DNA of 64,000 bases from a virus. A program made the position numbers and the translations under genes. This document shows positions 1 through 7,503 of the stretch, piece by piece. Every line of letters begins with the position of its first letter. Position 1 is the first letter of the stretch. The notes under the pieces are model-generated. The model saw only the letters and a list, made by a program, of their open reading frames with translations, had not been told where the DNA came from and made no database searches. Where the stretch lies: positions 1-64,000 of the IMG/VR virus record IMGVR_UViG_3300020125_000155; one strand, written 5' to 3'.

Positions 1-178
1 AACCGTAGACATCAAACGGATAGAACCGGCTGCATAGCTTCTCAAACGAAGTGCCATCCCCAACGCCTAGCTCCAGCAACGGCCCATCCCCCACGGCATC
101 AAGTATCTTTTCGACCCCCGTGCAGTTGGTGAAGTGTTCCATCTCAAAAAACTTGGTGAGCTTTAAGTTCTTGTCCAT
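1..178 (-). CDS. Class I SAM-dependent methyltransferase, N-terminal fragment (continues past window edge)
   Basis: A minus-strand ATG at 178 opens a frame that stays open to position 1: MDKNLKLTKFFEMEHFTNCTGVEKILDAVGDGPLLELGVGDGTSFEKLCSRFYPFDVYG. LELGVGDG is a SAM-binding motif I. It is absent from the ORF track because there is no stop inside the window. Confidence 0.5.
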   Translation of the reverse strand, partial: MDKNLKLTKFFEMEHFTNCTGVEKILDAVGDGPLLELGVGDGTSFEKLCSRFYPFDVYG

Positions 179-294
179 GACCTTAAGAAGTTGGGCCCGG
201 GTCTCGGCTGAAACGGGGGCTGTGGCGGACCCGGGCCCGTGCCTGCGTCTCGGACGGGGAAGCCTTTGAGGCAGGCAATGTGTAGCTAGCAGGA

Positions 295-723
295 CTACAC
301 GCCGCCGTCAAGGGTCTGCTGTGGGAAATAACGTCCCGTCCAGCTAGCGTAATCGTTGGCGATTTTAAGAACGTGCTGTTCGTTGGTTTCGAGACCGATC
401 TTCTGGGCCAGCATGATATCGCCGGTAAAATTAGCTCCATAAGGGACAAAGCATAACCGCCGTACCGTCTTTGCGCCGAAAAATTGTTCGACGTTGAATG
501 GGGCCACGGCTTTATTTATCCGGTACGTCATGCCGGTGTGATTGCCGACAACGTGGAAATAGCTATAGCGGAGATAGTCTTTGCGCTGTTGCGGTGTGAG
601 CCACGACAGAAACAGCGTCATGGCCTTTTCGGAGGGGTCAACCCACGGCTCAGCCATGATCCGCCATGTGTAGAAAGCCGACCACAGCGCCAGCCAGCCT
701 AGCAACCACAACTCTTCACTCAT
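295..723 (-). CDS. Hypothetical protein, hydrophobic Trp-rich N-terminus
   Basis: 142-aa ORF with an ATGA start/stop overlap to the upstream gene (720-723). N-terminal LWLLGWLALWSAFYTW looks membrane-associated. No family recognised. Confidence 0.55.
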   Translation of the reverse strand: MSEELWLLGWLALWSAFYTWRIMAEPWVDPSEKAMTLFLSWLTPQQRKDYLRYSYFHVVGNHTGMTYRINKAVAPFNVEQFFGAKTVRRLCFVPYGANFTGDIMLAQKIGLETNEQHVLKIANDYASWTGRYFPQQTLDGGV

Positions 724-932
724 CCGCCTTTTAGGTGAGGCACGAAGAGAACTTCATCTGCCGGTTGCTGGAGACGGCGGGACACGGTGTAATCCCGTTG
801 CCCCTCGTTCCGAATCGCAGCCGTGTGGCCGGAATTCAAAAGCTCCGTAAACTTCTCCATCGCCTCTTTGGTCTGGGTCTTGTCGAACTCGATAGTGGAG
901 TGGCCGGTGTGATCCATGACATGAAATTTCAT
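720..932 (-). CDS. Hypothetical protein (70 aa)
   Basis: ORF translationally coupled (ATGA) to 295..723. No family recognised. Confidence 0.5.
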   Translation of the reverse strand: MKFHVMDHTGHSTIEFDKTQTKEAMEKFTELLNSGHTAAIRNEGQRDYTVSRRLQQPADEVLFVPHLKGG

Positions 933-990
933 CGGGACCTCCTGTAGCCAAATCCTAACACAAAAAAATAACCCCCAAAAGGCTCAGCGC

Positions 991-1200
991 CTAGATTGCA
1001 GCATTCTTCTCCGCTCGCTCAATAATACCCAAACGCTCCTCCGGTATCCGCCCCTGCCTAGCTAACCGCATGAGCTTCCTTAACCCCGAAAATACCCCCA
1101 AGACCACCGCGCCACGTATTCTCCGCTTCGGCGGATTGCGCTTCGCATAAACCCGCCCCCGCTTGCTGTCCCGCAAAAACTCCCACCGCTCACGATCCAT
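991..1200 (-). CDS. Hypothetical basic protein (69 aa, start uncertain)
   Basis: Internal ATG (MDRERWEF...) of the 94-aa track ORF. The longer form would overlap the upstream gene extensively. Arg/Lys-rich. Confidence 0.35.
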   Translation of the reverse strand: MDRERWEFLRDSKRGRVYAKRNPPKRRIRGAVVLGVFSGLRKLMRLARQGRIPEERLGIIERAEKNAAI

Positions 1201-1450
1201 CCCGCATCTCCTTCCGTCGCCGATACCAAGTCCGCCGCGACATACCCTCACTCTTCCAAGGCTTCGTCGCCTCAAAAGTTTCGCTTTTCCGTCCTACCCT
1301 CGGCCTCCCTACAGAGCGTCTATCCTGTAGCCTCCTAAACGCCGCTACATACCGCTCCGCTAATTCGCATAACCACAACACCTCCGGATTGCGCGCAACC
1401 CCGCTCGCTTTCAGCCTCCCTACCCTCTGAATAACCTCAATATCATCCAT
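1190..1450 (-). CDS. Small putative DNA-binding protein (86 aa)
   Basis: ATG at 1450 with AGGA about 8 nt upstream. The C-terminal GMSRRTWYRRRKE resembles the HTH tail of small phage regulators. The TTG 1492 start in the track lies inside the TGGCAC repeat array. Confidence 0.5.
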   Translation of the reverse strand: MDDIEVIQRVGRLKASGVARNPEVLWLCELAERYVAAFRRLQDRRSVGRPRVGRKSETFEATKPWKSEGMSRRTWYRRRKEMRDGS

Positions 1451-1490
1451 GGCACTATCCTGTAGTGCCATTGGCACCATACATGGCACC
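1449..1490. promoter_or_regulatory. Operator-like array of four TGGCAC/GTGCCA half-sites
   Basis: ATGGCACTA-N5-TAGTGCCAT perfect 9-bp inverted repeat (1449-1471), followed by the direct repeats TGGCACC (1472-1478) and TGGCACC (1484-1490). It overlaps the start codon of the 1190..1450 gene. Confidence 0.45.
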
Positions 1491-1700
1491 AATAGTCAAG
1501 AACCTTATACGGGGGAAGAGAGTGGGGTGCCCTCGATCATAACCCCGGCTAGTCCAGGCACCCTTGGGGAAATGCCCGGACCCGGGCCCGTCTCCCCTCC
1601 CAGACGGTAGCAGCACCCAACAAAACCAATAGCTTAGCACCTATCCCACGCTAACGGGACCTTAACGCGGTCGAGGTTGCGACCTCCGGAGCCCGGGTCT

Positions 1701-2114
1701 ATGCTATCGACCATGAAACGCCTATTGGAAACAAACGAGAATCCGCCTGGAAGCGGGTTTATAGGCCATAACCCTCAATCAAATCATGATGCTGCATACC
1801 CGTCTATTCCGGTAATATCGCCTATTCGTGAAGCTTGTCGGGTTTTGGGTATAGTGCGGGTTAATGGGGTTTCGCTGGTTACAGTGAAGCAATGGCGGAA
1901 CGGGATTAGGAACGCGCCGAGATGGTTTGTTCGACTCCTTATGGATGAGCTAGAAGCGCGCGAAAAACGTCTCCGCGACCTCCGGGAGACCTTGGCGCAG
2001 TATCGTGGCGGACCCGGGATAGGCCACGGGCTCCGGGAGTATTGGCGCGATAGGAAAAGCCGCGAAATAGCGGAACAAGTGCAACGTGAACGCGATAGGT
2101 CCCGTTCACTCTGA
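1701..2114 (+). CDS. Hypothetical protein (about 137 aa), possible HTH
   Basis: ORF 1677..2114, with the first ATG at 1701. The central IREACRVLGIVRVNGVSLVTVKQWRNG is HTH-like and the C-terminus is a charged helix. Start uncertain. Confidence 0.45.
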   Translation: MLSTMKRLLETNENPPGSGFIGHNPQSNHDAAYPSIPVISPIREACRVLGIVRVNGVSLVTVKQWRNGIRNAPRWFVRLLMDELEAREKRLRDLRETLAQYRGGPGIGHGLREYWRDRKSREIAEQVQRERDRSRSL

Positions 2115-2283
2115 TAAATCCCTGATATTATTACCGAATAATTGCGCGATTTGATTCCGTGGCGGACTCCAAGCCTAGCAAAAAACTAAGCATTATCAAA
2201 ACATTAAATTCCCCATTGTAGTAATGCGCGCTACGTTTATTGTCGCCACGGGGGACTCTCCCCCGAACATAGGAGCAAAAACC

Positions 2284-3882
2284 ATGGCGACTAAATCCCA
2301 GATACTAGCGGCGGACGTGGCGTCACTGCTACGGGCCCGCAATCCAGTAATCGTTATTGAAACCCGCGAAGAGGCGAGAGTCGAACGCTATCTGATCGAA
2401 GCGGCAGCGGCAGCTAACTACGTCCCCCGAACATGGGACTGCGGACAAGGAGTCTGCGACATGTCGGGCAAGGTCCTCCCGATTGCGTCTCCCGATATCG
2501 GGGACTTGTTGCAGACGATAGCAAGTCGCGCCGAGTCCGGAAGCGAGCGGGGACTCTGGATTCTCCGCGACCTTATGCCGTGGCTAACATCGGGCCCGCT
2601 TACTGTTAGGCAAGTGTGTAATTTTGCCCGTTCCCGCCCGACAATGCCACAAGCTTCCGCTCAGGCAATTGTCGCATTGGTCGCGTCTGGGAATGTTCCC
2701 GCTGAGCTATCAGGACACGCCACAGTGATAAACTGGGCGTTGCCCGACCGCGAAGAGATAGCCTCTTCACTTAAGGAATCAGTCCGAGTCCTAGTTAACC
2801 CGGAGCGGATTAAGGACGGGTACTTTGCGACCTTGGATGAGGCGTTAGCTAATGCCGCGCCTAATGGAGTCTTTGACGCGGCGGTAGACGCTGCAATCGG
2901 GCTCCCCGAGTCCGAGGCTATGTCATGCTTTGGCCGGTCAATGGTTACATCTCGTAAGATCGACCCGGCCATTATCGCGTCTGAAAAACGTCGAGTCGTC
3001 TCCCGGGAAAAGGTATTAGAGCTATGTGACCCGCTACCCGGAGGGTTTAGCGCAATCGGCGGACTCGAAAATGCGAAAGCTTTTATCAGGCAACGCAAGC
3101 TTGCCTATAAAGCATCCGCCCGCGCCTATGGTCTCCCCGCCCCGAAAGGAATCTTCCTAACGGGAGTCCCGGGCAACGCAAAAAGTATGCTTGCAAAAGC
3201 TTGCGCGACCGAATTGGAATCCCCGCTTATTCGTTTGGACCCGGGCGCACTCAAATCAAAATTTGTCGGCGATTCCGAACGACTCATGCGGCAAGGAATC
3301 CAGACTATCGAAGCAATGGGCAAATGCGTTGTTTGGATTGATGAGATAGAAAAGGCACTCCAGGGCGCGACCTCCGGGAGTGCAGACGGTGGAGTCTCGG
3401 CGGACCAATTAGGGGCCCTCCTAAATTGGATGCAAGAGCGCAAAGGCGAGGCGTTTATCGTCGCTACGTCTAATGACGCAGAATCATTGCCTCCGGAGCT
3501 ATTACGGAAAGGCCGATTCGATGAGGTTTTTTTCGTCGATAATCCGAATCGTGCGGAACGCGCCCAGATACTTGCCGCGACTCTTGTTACCTACAAACGC
3601 AACGCGGCGGGAATCGACTGTGACGCGGTAGCAGACGCAACCCGGGAATTCAGCGGGGCGGAGATTGCCGCGCTAGTCCCCGATGCAATGTTTATCGCGT
3701 TTGCAGACGGGGAACGCGAAATTACGACGGCGGACCTTGTTGCGGTCTCCCAGTCCATTGTTCCCCTAGCGAAGCAAGCTGAGAAAAAAATCGCGGCTTT
3801 GCGCGCATGGGCAAAGGGACGGGCGAGACCAGCGGGGACTATCGAAGAGGAAAAGCCGCAATTGCGCGCGGTCGATCTATAG
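2284..3882 (+). CDS. AAA+ ATPase with unassigned ~290-aa N-terminal domain
   Basis: 532 aa from ATG 2284 (TAGGAG upstream). Walker A is GVPGNAKS, with Ala where Gly normally precedes Lys. Walker B is VVWIDEIE, sensor-1 is ATSN, and LLRKGRFDEVFFVDNP matches the classical AAA second region of homology. Confidence 0.8.
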   Translation: MATKSQILAADVASLLRARNPVIVIETREEARVERYLIEAAAAANYVPRTWDCGQGVCDMSGKVLPIASPDIGDLLQTIASRAESGSERGLWILRDLMPWLTSGPLTVRQVCNFARSRPTMPQASAQAIVALVASGNVPAELSGHATVINWALPDREEIASSLKESVRVLVNPERIKDGYFATLDEALANAAPNGVFDAAVDAAIGLPESEAMSCFGRSMVTSRKIDPAIIASEKRRVVSREKVLELCDPLPGGFSAIGGLENAKAFIRQRKLAYKASARAYGLPAPKGIFLTGVPGNAKSMLAKACATELESPLIRLDPGALKSKFVGDSERLMRQGIQTIEAMGKCVVWIDEIEKALQGATSGSADGGVSADQLGALLNWMQERKGEAFIVATSNDAESLPPELLRKGRFDEVFFVDNPNRAERAQILAATLVTYKRNAAGIDCDAVADATREFSGAEIAALVPDAMFIAFADGEREITTADLVAVSQSIVPLAKQAEKKIAALRAWAKGRARPAGTIEEEKPQLRAVDL

Positions 3883-3892
3883 GGCGAAACAT

Positions 3893-3933
3893 GGGCCCGC
3901 GATATGCGGGCCCGTCCGGACGTTAGGCGTCCG
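3893..3933 (+). terminator. Tandem GC-rich hairpins downstream of the AAA+ gene
   Basis: GGGCCCGC-gatat-GCGGGCCC (3893-3913), then CGGACG-ttagg-CGTCCG (3917-3933). There is no U-tract, so intrinsic-terminator function is uncertain. Confidence 0.35.
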
Positions 3934-3968
3934 CTGATGAGCCCAGACTGGCAAATAGGAACAAGGCA

Positions 3969-4754
3969 ATGAGTCTCAAGATTAGCACTCTTAAACCCGG
4001 ATTATTGGTTAGCCTTAAGACCTCAATTCGGGGAAATACCCAATACCAGCGAGTCGATATTGAACCCGATCACCAGACGGAGACGGGCGAAAGGCGCGCG
4101 GTATGGGAGACCCGCCGCACGATATCGGACCCGGAGGAACATGAGTCCGCGATAAAGGTTCGGGGCAAATGCCGTTCCCTGATATCCGGACTCTGCGCGA
4201 ATTCCGCGTTCGGGTTACTTTGCCCGGAAGCTAAGGCGGCGGACCTGGAGTCGGTTATTGCCGAGTCTCGTAAGCTTGCGGAGTCGTTCAATCAGTCCGC
4301 TAAGCTTTCCCGAATCGATGTTTACGTTATCGCGGGGCGAGTCGCTTCCGATGATGTCGAGGCGGTCCGCGCAATCAATTCGGAGATGCGGGACCTCGTC
4401 GGGGACATGGAGTCGGGAATCAAGTCCCTAGACGTGGAGTCGATCCGGGAGGCGGCGAATAAGGCGCGTTCCGTCTCCCAGATGTTAACGCCAGAGTCCG
4501 CCGAGACCGTACAAAAGGCTATCGAGGCGGCAAGGTCCATAGCTCGCAAAATCGTAAAGGCAGGGGAGGCGGCAGCGACCGAGGTCGATAGGCAAACTCT
4601 TGCGACTCTCGCCGCCGCGCGTACCGCGTTTATCGACCTAGACCCGCAGGGCGACATTGCGGAACCCGTAGGGGAGGGGAGGGCGCTAGACCTTGCTCCC
4701 GTCGCCCCGATATCGGAGCCCGCACCAGCGTCTATTAGCGTCGAATTGGACTAG
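3969..4754 (+). CDS. Hypothetical protein (261 aa), partner of AAA+ ATPase
   Basis: Clean ORF with AGGAACAAGG upstream. It is helical and acidic with a Pro/Ala-rich tail. No family recognised. Confidence 0.65.
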   Translation: MSLKISTLKPGLLVSLKTSIRGNTQYQRVDIEPDHQTETGERRAVWETRRTISDPEEHESAIKVRGKCRSLISGLCANSAFGLLCPEAKAADLESVIAESRKLAESFNQSAKLSRIDVYVIAGRVASDDVEAVRAINSEMRDLVGDMESGIKSLDVESIREAANKARSVSQMLTPESAETVQKAIEAARSIARKIVKAGEAAATEVDRQTLATLAAARTAFIDLDPQGDIAEPVGEGRALDLAPVAPISEPAPASISVELD

Positions 4755-4812
4755 CCTCTTATTGGCGGGGAGTCGGACCTCCCCGCCGTTTGTCAATTTA
4801 GGAGCAAGTGAC

Positions 4813-5151
4813 ATGCCATGCGATTCAAAACCTTTCCGAATTGGACAGACTCTAGACCAGCGCAAAAAACAAGTCCGCGACTCCATCGCGGCTTTAGACG
4901 CGAAGCTTAAAAAGCGCCTAGTCCGCCCCGTTGTCGGAGCCAATGGCGCGATAGCGTTTGCGGGCTGGAATGAGGAGCGGAACGGGATAACCGATAATTG
5001 CGCCTATCGTCGCATAATGGCGACGGGGAGTGCACTAGCTCGCGCTGAGATAGCCCGCGCTGAGATGTTAGCGGGGCGTAAAGTGAATCCCCAAACGGTC
5101 GCCCTTGGGGTTCACAGTCACGATGGGGGCGACACTTGGAGTCAACACTAG
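4813..5151 (+). CDS. Hypothetical protein (112 aa)
   Basis: In-frame ATG at 4813 preceded by GGAG (4801-4804). The track ORF starts at 4693, inside the previous gene. Confidence 0.55.
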   Translation: MPCDSKPFRIGQTLDQRKKQVRDSIAALDAKLKKRLVRPVVGANGAIAFAGWNEERNGITDNCAYRRIMATGSALARAEIARAEMLAGRKVNPQTVALGVHSHDGGDTWSQH

Positions 5152-5167
5152 CAAAACGGGGAATCCT

Positions 5168-5392
5168 ATGACGACTCAGAACTGGAACTGCGACGGGGCG
5201 GGGCCCCACAATAGCGGGGAGGTCCGACTCTATTCATGGGGCGGCGGACCCATGGGCGGGAATTCGATTCTTTGCTCCTATTGCTGGGAACGGGAGAATC
5301 TTTACCGGAGGCGGCGGGGGCGGGAATACGGGGCCCCGGAGCGGTTCCCGGAATTGGATTGGAGCAAGGCCACAATCTACGAAACCGCTTAG
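5168..5392 (+). CDS. Hypothetical small Cys-containing protein (74 aa)
   Basis: ATG 5168 (MTTQNWNCDG...) within track ORF 5105..5392. NCDG and CSYC motifs suggest metal binding. Confidence 0.45.
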   Translation: MTTQNWNCDGAGPHNSGEVRLYSWGGGPMGGNSILCSYCWERENLYRRRRGREYGAPERFPELDWSKATIYETA

Positions 5393-5428
5393 GCGTCCGC
5401 TTCCGTTTGCTCCCGGAGGCGAACGCTA

Positions 5429-5459
5429 GGGGCGGGGCGGATGACAGTCGCCCCGCCCC
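5429..5459 (+). terminator. 11-bp GC-rich stem-loop after the 5168..5392 gene
   Basis: GGGGCGGGGCG-gatgacagt-CGCCCCGCCCC. No U-tract. Confidence 0.3.
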
Positions 5460-5498
5460 GACTCTATCTGGGCTCCCGGGCCCCGCTCCCGGAAATTG

Positions 5499-5639
5499 CT
5501 AACTATCGCTTACTACCGCCCGCCCTAACTATCGCTAACTATCAAACGAGAATCCTAAACGAGATTCCTAACGTAAACGCTAAAACTAAACGATAAACCT
5601 AACCCGAAACGAAAAAGCTAACTACAAACGATAAACCTA
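5499..5639. repeat. Iteron-like array of short direct repeats (CTAACTATCGCT x2, AAACGATAAACCTA x2, six AAACG cores)
   Basis: CTAACTATCGCT at 5499-5510 and 5525-5536, plus CTAACTATC at 5535-5543. AAACGATAAACCTA at 5588-5601 and 5626-5639. AAACG cores recur every 13-19 bp. The stretch is non-coding and A-rich. Confidence 0.6.
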
Positions 5640-5667
5640 TTGACATTGCCTTAAGTGTAGCTATTCT
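5640..5667 (+). promoter_or_regulatory. Candidate sigma70-type promoter
   Basis: TTGACA (5640-5645), 16-nt spacer, TATTCT (5662-5667), immediately after the repeat array. Confidence 0.4.
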
Positions 5668-5815
5668 GACTACTACGCAAACCCGCGATGCAAAAGAATG
5701 GGCGCAACGCCAGTGGCAACGCGGCAAGCTTGCACCCGCGCCACAGAAGCCATGCGACCACGGGCTATTCAGTGACGAGTCCGCACAACTAGACTGCGAT
5801 GACGACCTAAATCGA

Positions 5816-6031
5816 ATGATCGAGCGGAGCCGTGCTGCAAAGACCCACTTACGAATTGGGATGTCTACGATTTGGGATCACAATTCCCCGCAACAGCGCG
5901 CCGAATACCTCCAGCAACTATCCAACGTGCCTGAGATTCGGGCAGGCTTGATCCGCCTAAACGAGGCTCGTCAAAAAAGTCGAGCAACTCAGCCACCATC
6001 CCTTCCACCAAATCAGAACGGCGGATCGTAA
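5816..6031 (+). CDS. Hypothetical protein (71 aa from first ATG; frame open from 5603)
   Basis: The same frame is open upstream to 5603 and reads protein-like (KEWAQRQWQRGKLAPAPQKPCDHGLFSDESAQLDCDDD), but it has no canonical start. Possibly an unusual start or a degraded gene. Confidence 0.35.
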   Translation: MIERSRAAKTHLRIGMSTIWDHNSPQQRAEYLQQLSNVPEIRAGLIRLNEARQKSRATQPPSLPPNQNGGS

Positions 6032-6266
6032 GCATTTCGCCGGGCGCGCCAGCCCCTTGGGGGGCCGCTCTATCTACCTTTTGCGTCTGCTTTGTCAAGG
6101 TTATAATCCCCTAAATTAATAGGCGGATGCTATCGCTCCAGCGGGCCCCCGGACGCAGGGGGCCCTAGCTCGAGGTGTAGCTTTCGCGCACAGACTGAAT
6201 AAATTCGTCAGACACGCCGGCTTCCTCATTCCGAACCGCGTTGTATAACCCATAATATCTAACCGC

Positions 6267-6629
6267 TCAGTCACAATCCAATCCATTTCCGCTAAACTCA
6301 AACACTTCCTCACGCGATTTGAAAGCCGTCAGGATCGGCGCCCCGCTCTTTGCCTCTTCACGCTTTTTTCTAGCTCGCCATCGCTTCCGCATTATCCCCA
6401 GATATTCGACCAGCAAGGTATCCGGTTGCTTCGGTTCTACTACCGATTGAGGTTTCGGCCATTTACCAAATATCTCCTTGAATTTGTGTGCCACCCACCC
6501 GTTTTTGTATCCCTTGTTTTTCGCCAGCCACAATAACCCCGCATACGTTTCCCTAAAATCTCTCTCCCTCAGTCTTGTGGCGACAAGTTCTGTTCTCGAA
6601 ATTCTCTTGCCTAATAAGCTTTTAACCAT
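6267..6629 (-). CDS. Hypothetical protein with WLAKNKGYKNGWVAHKFKEIFGKWP motif
   Basis: 120 aa from ATG 6629 (AGAGGG upstream); the track ORF extends to 6785. The GYKxGWxxHKFKExFG motif resembles C-terminal tails I recall from phage helicase-associated proteins. Confidence 0.45.
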   Translation of the reverse strand: MVKSLLGKRISRTELVATRLRERDFRETYAGLLWLAKNKGYKNGWVAHKFKEIFGKWPKPQSVVEPKQPDTLLVEYLGIMRKRWRARKKREEAKSGAPILTAFKSREEVFEFSGNGLDCD

Positions 6630-7051
6630 CTTACTTAACCCTCTATGCCGAATGGAGAAGCCATAGCTAAGGGCATAGGAAGGGTACACCCGGCTAAGAG
6701 CAGGGTCCTCCCCTATGCCTTCAGCGATCATGCCGAACGGAGCCAGCCGTCGCAGGGGCAGTCGACCCTTATGCACTGTCAGCACGGTTCGACTAGGCGT
6801 CTACATTTGGACCGCAAGATATGGACAGTCGGTAAGCCAGCACTTCCCCTCACGCCTTAAATGGACCGGGTATGCGCTTCGTCTGGACCCTTGGTAGCGC
6901 AAGTGACACTGCACGCCCCAACGCTTAGCGCCGACATGCAGTCGCTTCGGAGGAACCTTGACGGTTGGGCGGGATTTGACGTTTTTACGGAGTGTGTTAG
7001 AGGCTATTCCGTAAACCGGCTGGATAATCCCGCCAAGAATCTATCCAGTCC

Positions 7052-7090
7052 GCCCCGGCAGGCTCATTCCTGACCGGGGCAATCTTTTTC
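7052..7090 (+). terminator. Rho-independent terminator-like hairpin with T-run
   Basis: GCCCCGG (7052-7058), 15-nt loop, CCGGGGC (7074-7080), then aatcTTTTTc. It lies in a region of about 870 bp without convincing genes. Confidence 0.45.
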
Positions 7091-7405
7091 TAGCACTAGC
7101 TTATCCGCTACGCAAACGGCGCTAGATGTGGCGTGTAGCACGTTTTCCTACACGCTAGAGGAATCTATCGTTCTTGTTATGTCTAACTTGTCGTGCAGTG
7201 CAGCAATGCCGGTTCCATCGGTACTTCTTGCGTTGACTTATAAATCAACATGCGAGTTATCCCCTATCCATCGCACCTAATAGTTATCTCGCACTGCAAT
7301 AACCGTTGTGCCGCAGCGGTTTCTTTGATTCCGAATCACTAATTCACCAGAATCACAGAATCGAGTTTGCTAGTATTGGTTATCGGTTGGGATGAGCCAA
7401 TCGGT

Positions 7406-7480
7406 CGCCGGTCACACGGCGGATGTTTGAAAACCGAATCAGAACGAGAAAGCCCCGCGCCGGTCACGCGGCGCGGGGCT
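7406..7480 (+). promoter_or_regulatory. Two copies of the 16-mer CGCCGGTCAC(A/G)CGGCG, the second embedded in an 11-bp GC hairpin, upstream of gene 7504
   Basis: Copies at 7406-7421 and 7458-7473, 52 bp apart. The second forms the apex of AGCCCCGCGCC/GGCGCGGGGCT (7451-7480), which ends 10 nt before the GAGGAG RBS. Confidence 0.4.
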
Positions 7481-7503
7481 CACACAAGCGAGGAGCAATG
7501 ACT

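Noticed and set aside
1449-1490. TGGCAC repeats as sigma-54 (-24 TGGCAC / -12 TTGC) promoters
   Set aside because: No TTGC(A/T) lies at the required 4-5-nt spacing downstream of any copy. The inverted-repeat arrangement fits an operator better.
6645-7073. Three overlapping plus-strand ORFs (60-71 aa) in the gene-poor region
   Set aside because: They have no RBS, mutually exclusive frames and unremarkable composition. The 6861..7073 ORF does end at the terminator hairpin, so an ncRNA or a small protein cannot be distinguished. I left it uncalled.
7423-7503. N-terminal extension of gene 7504 (track ORF starts at 7423)
   Set aside because: The extension is encoded by the GC hairpins (KPRAGHAARGS). 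The strong GAGGAG RBS sits 8 nt before ATG 7504.
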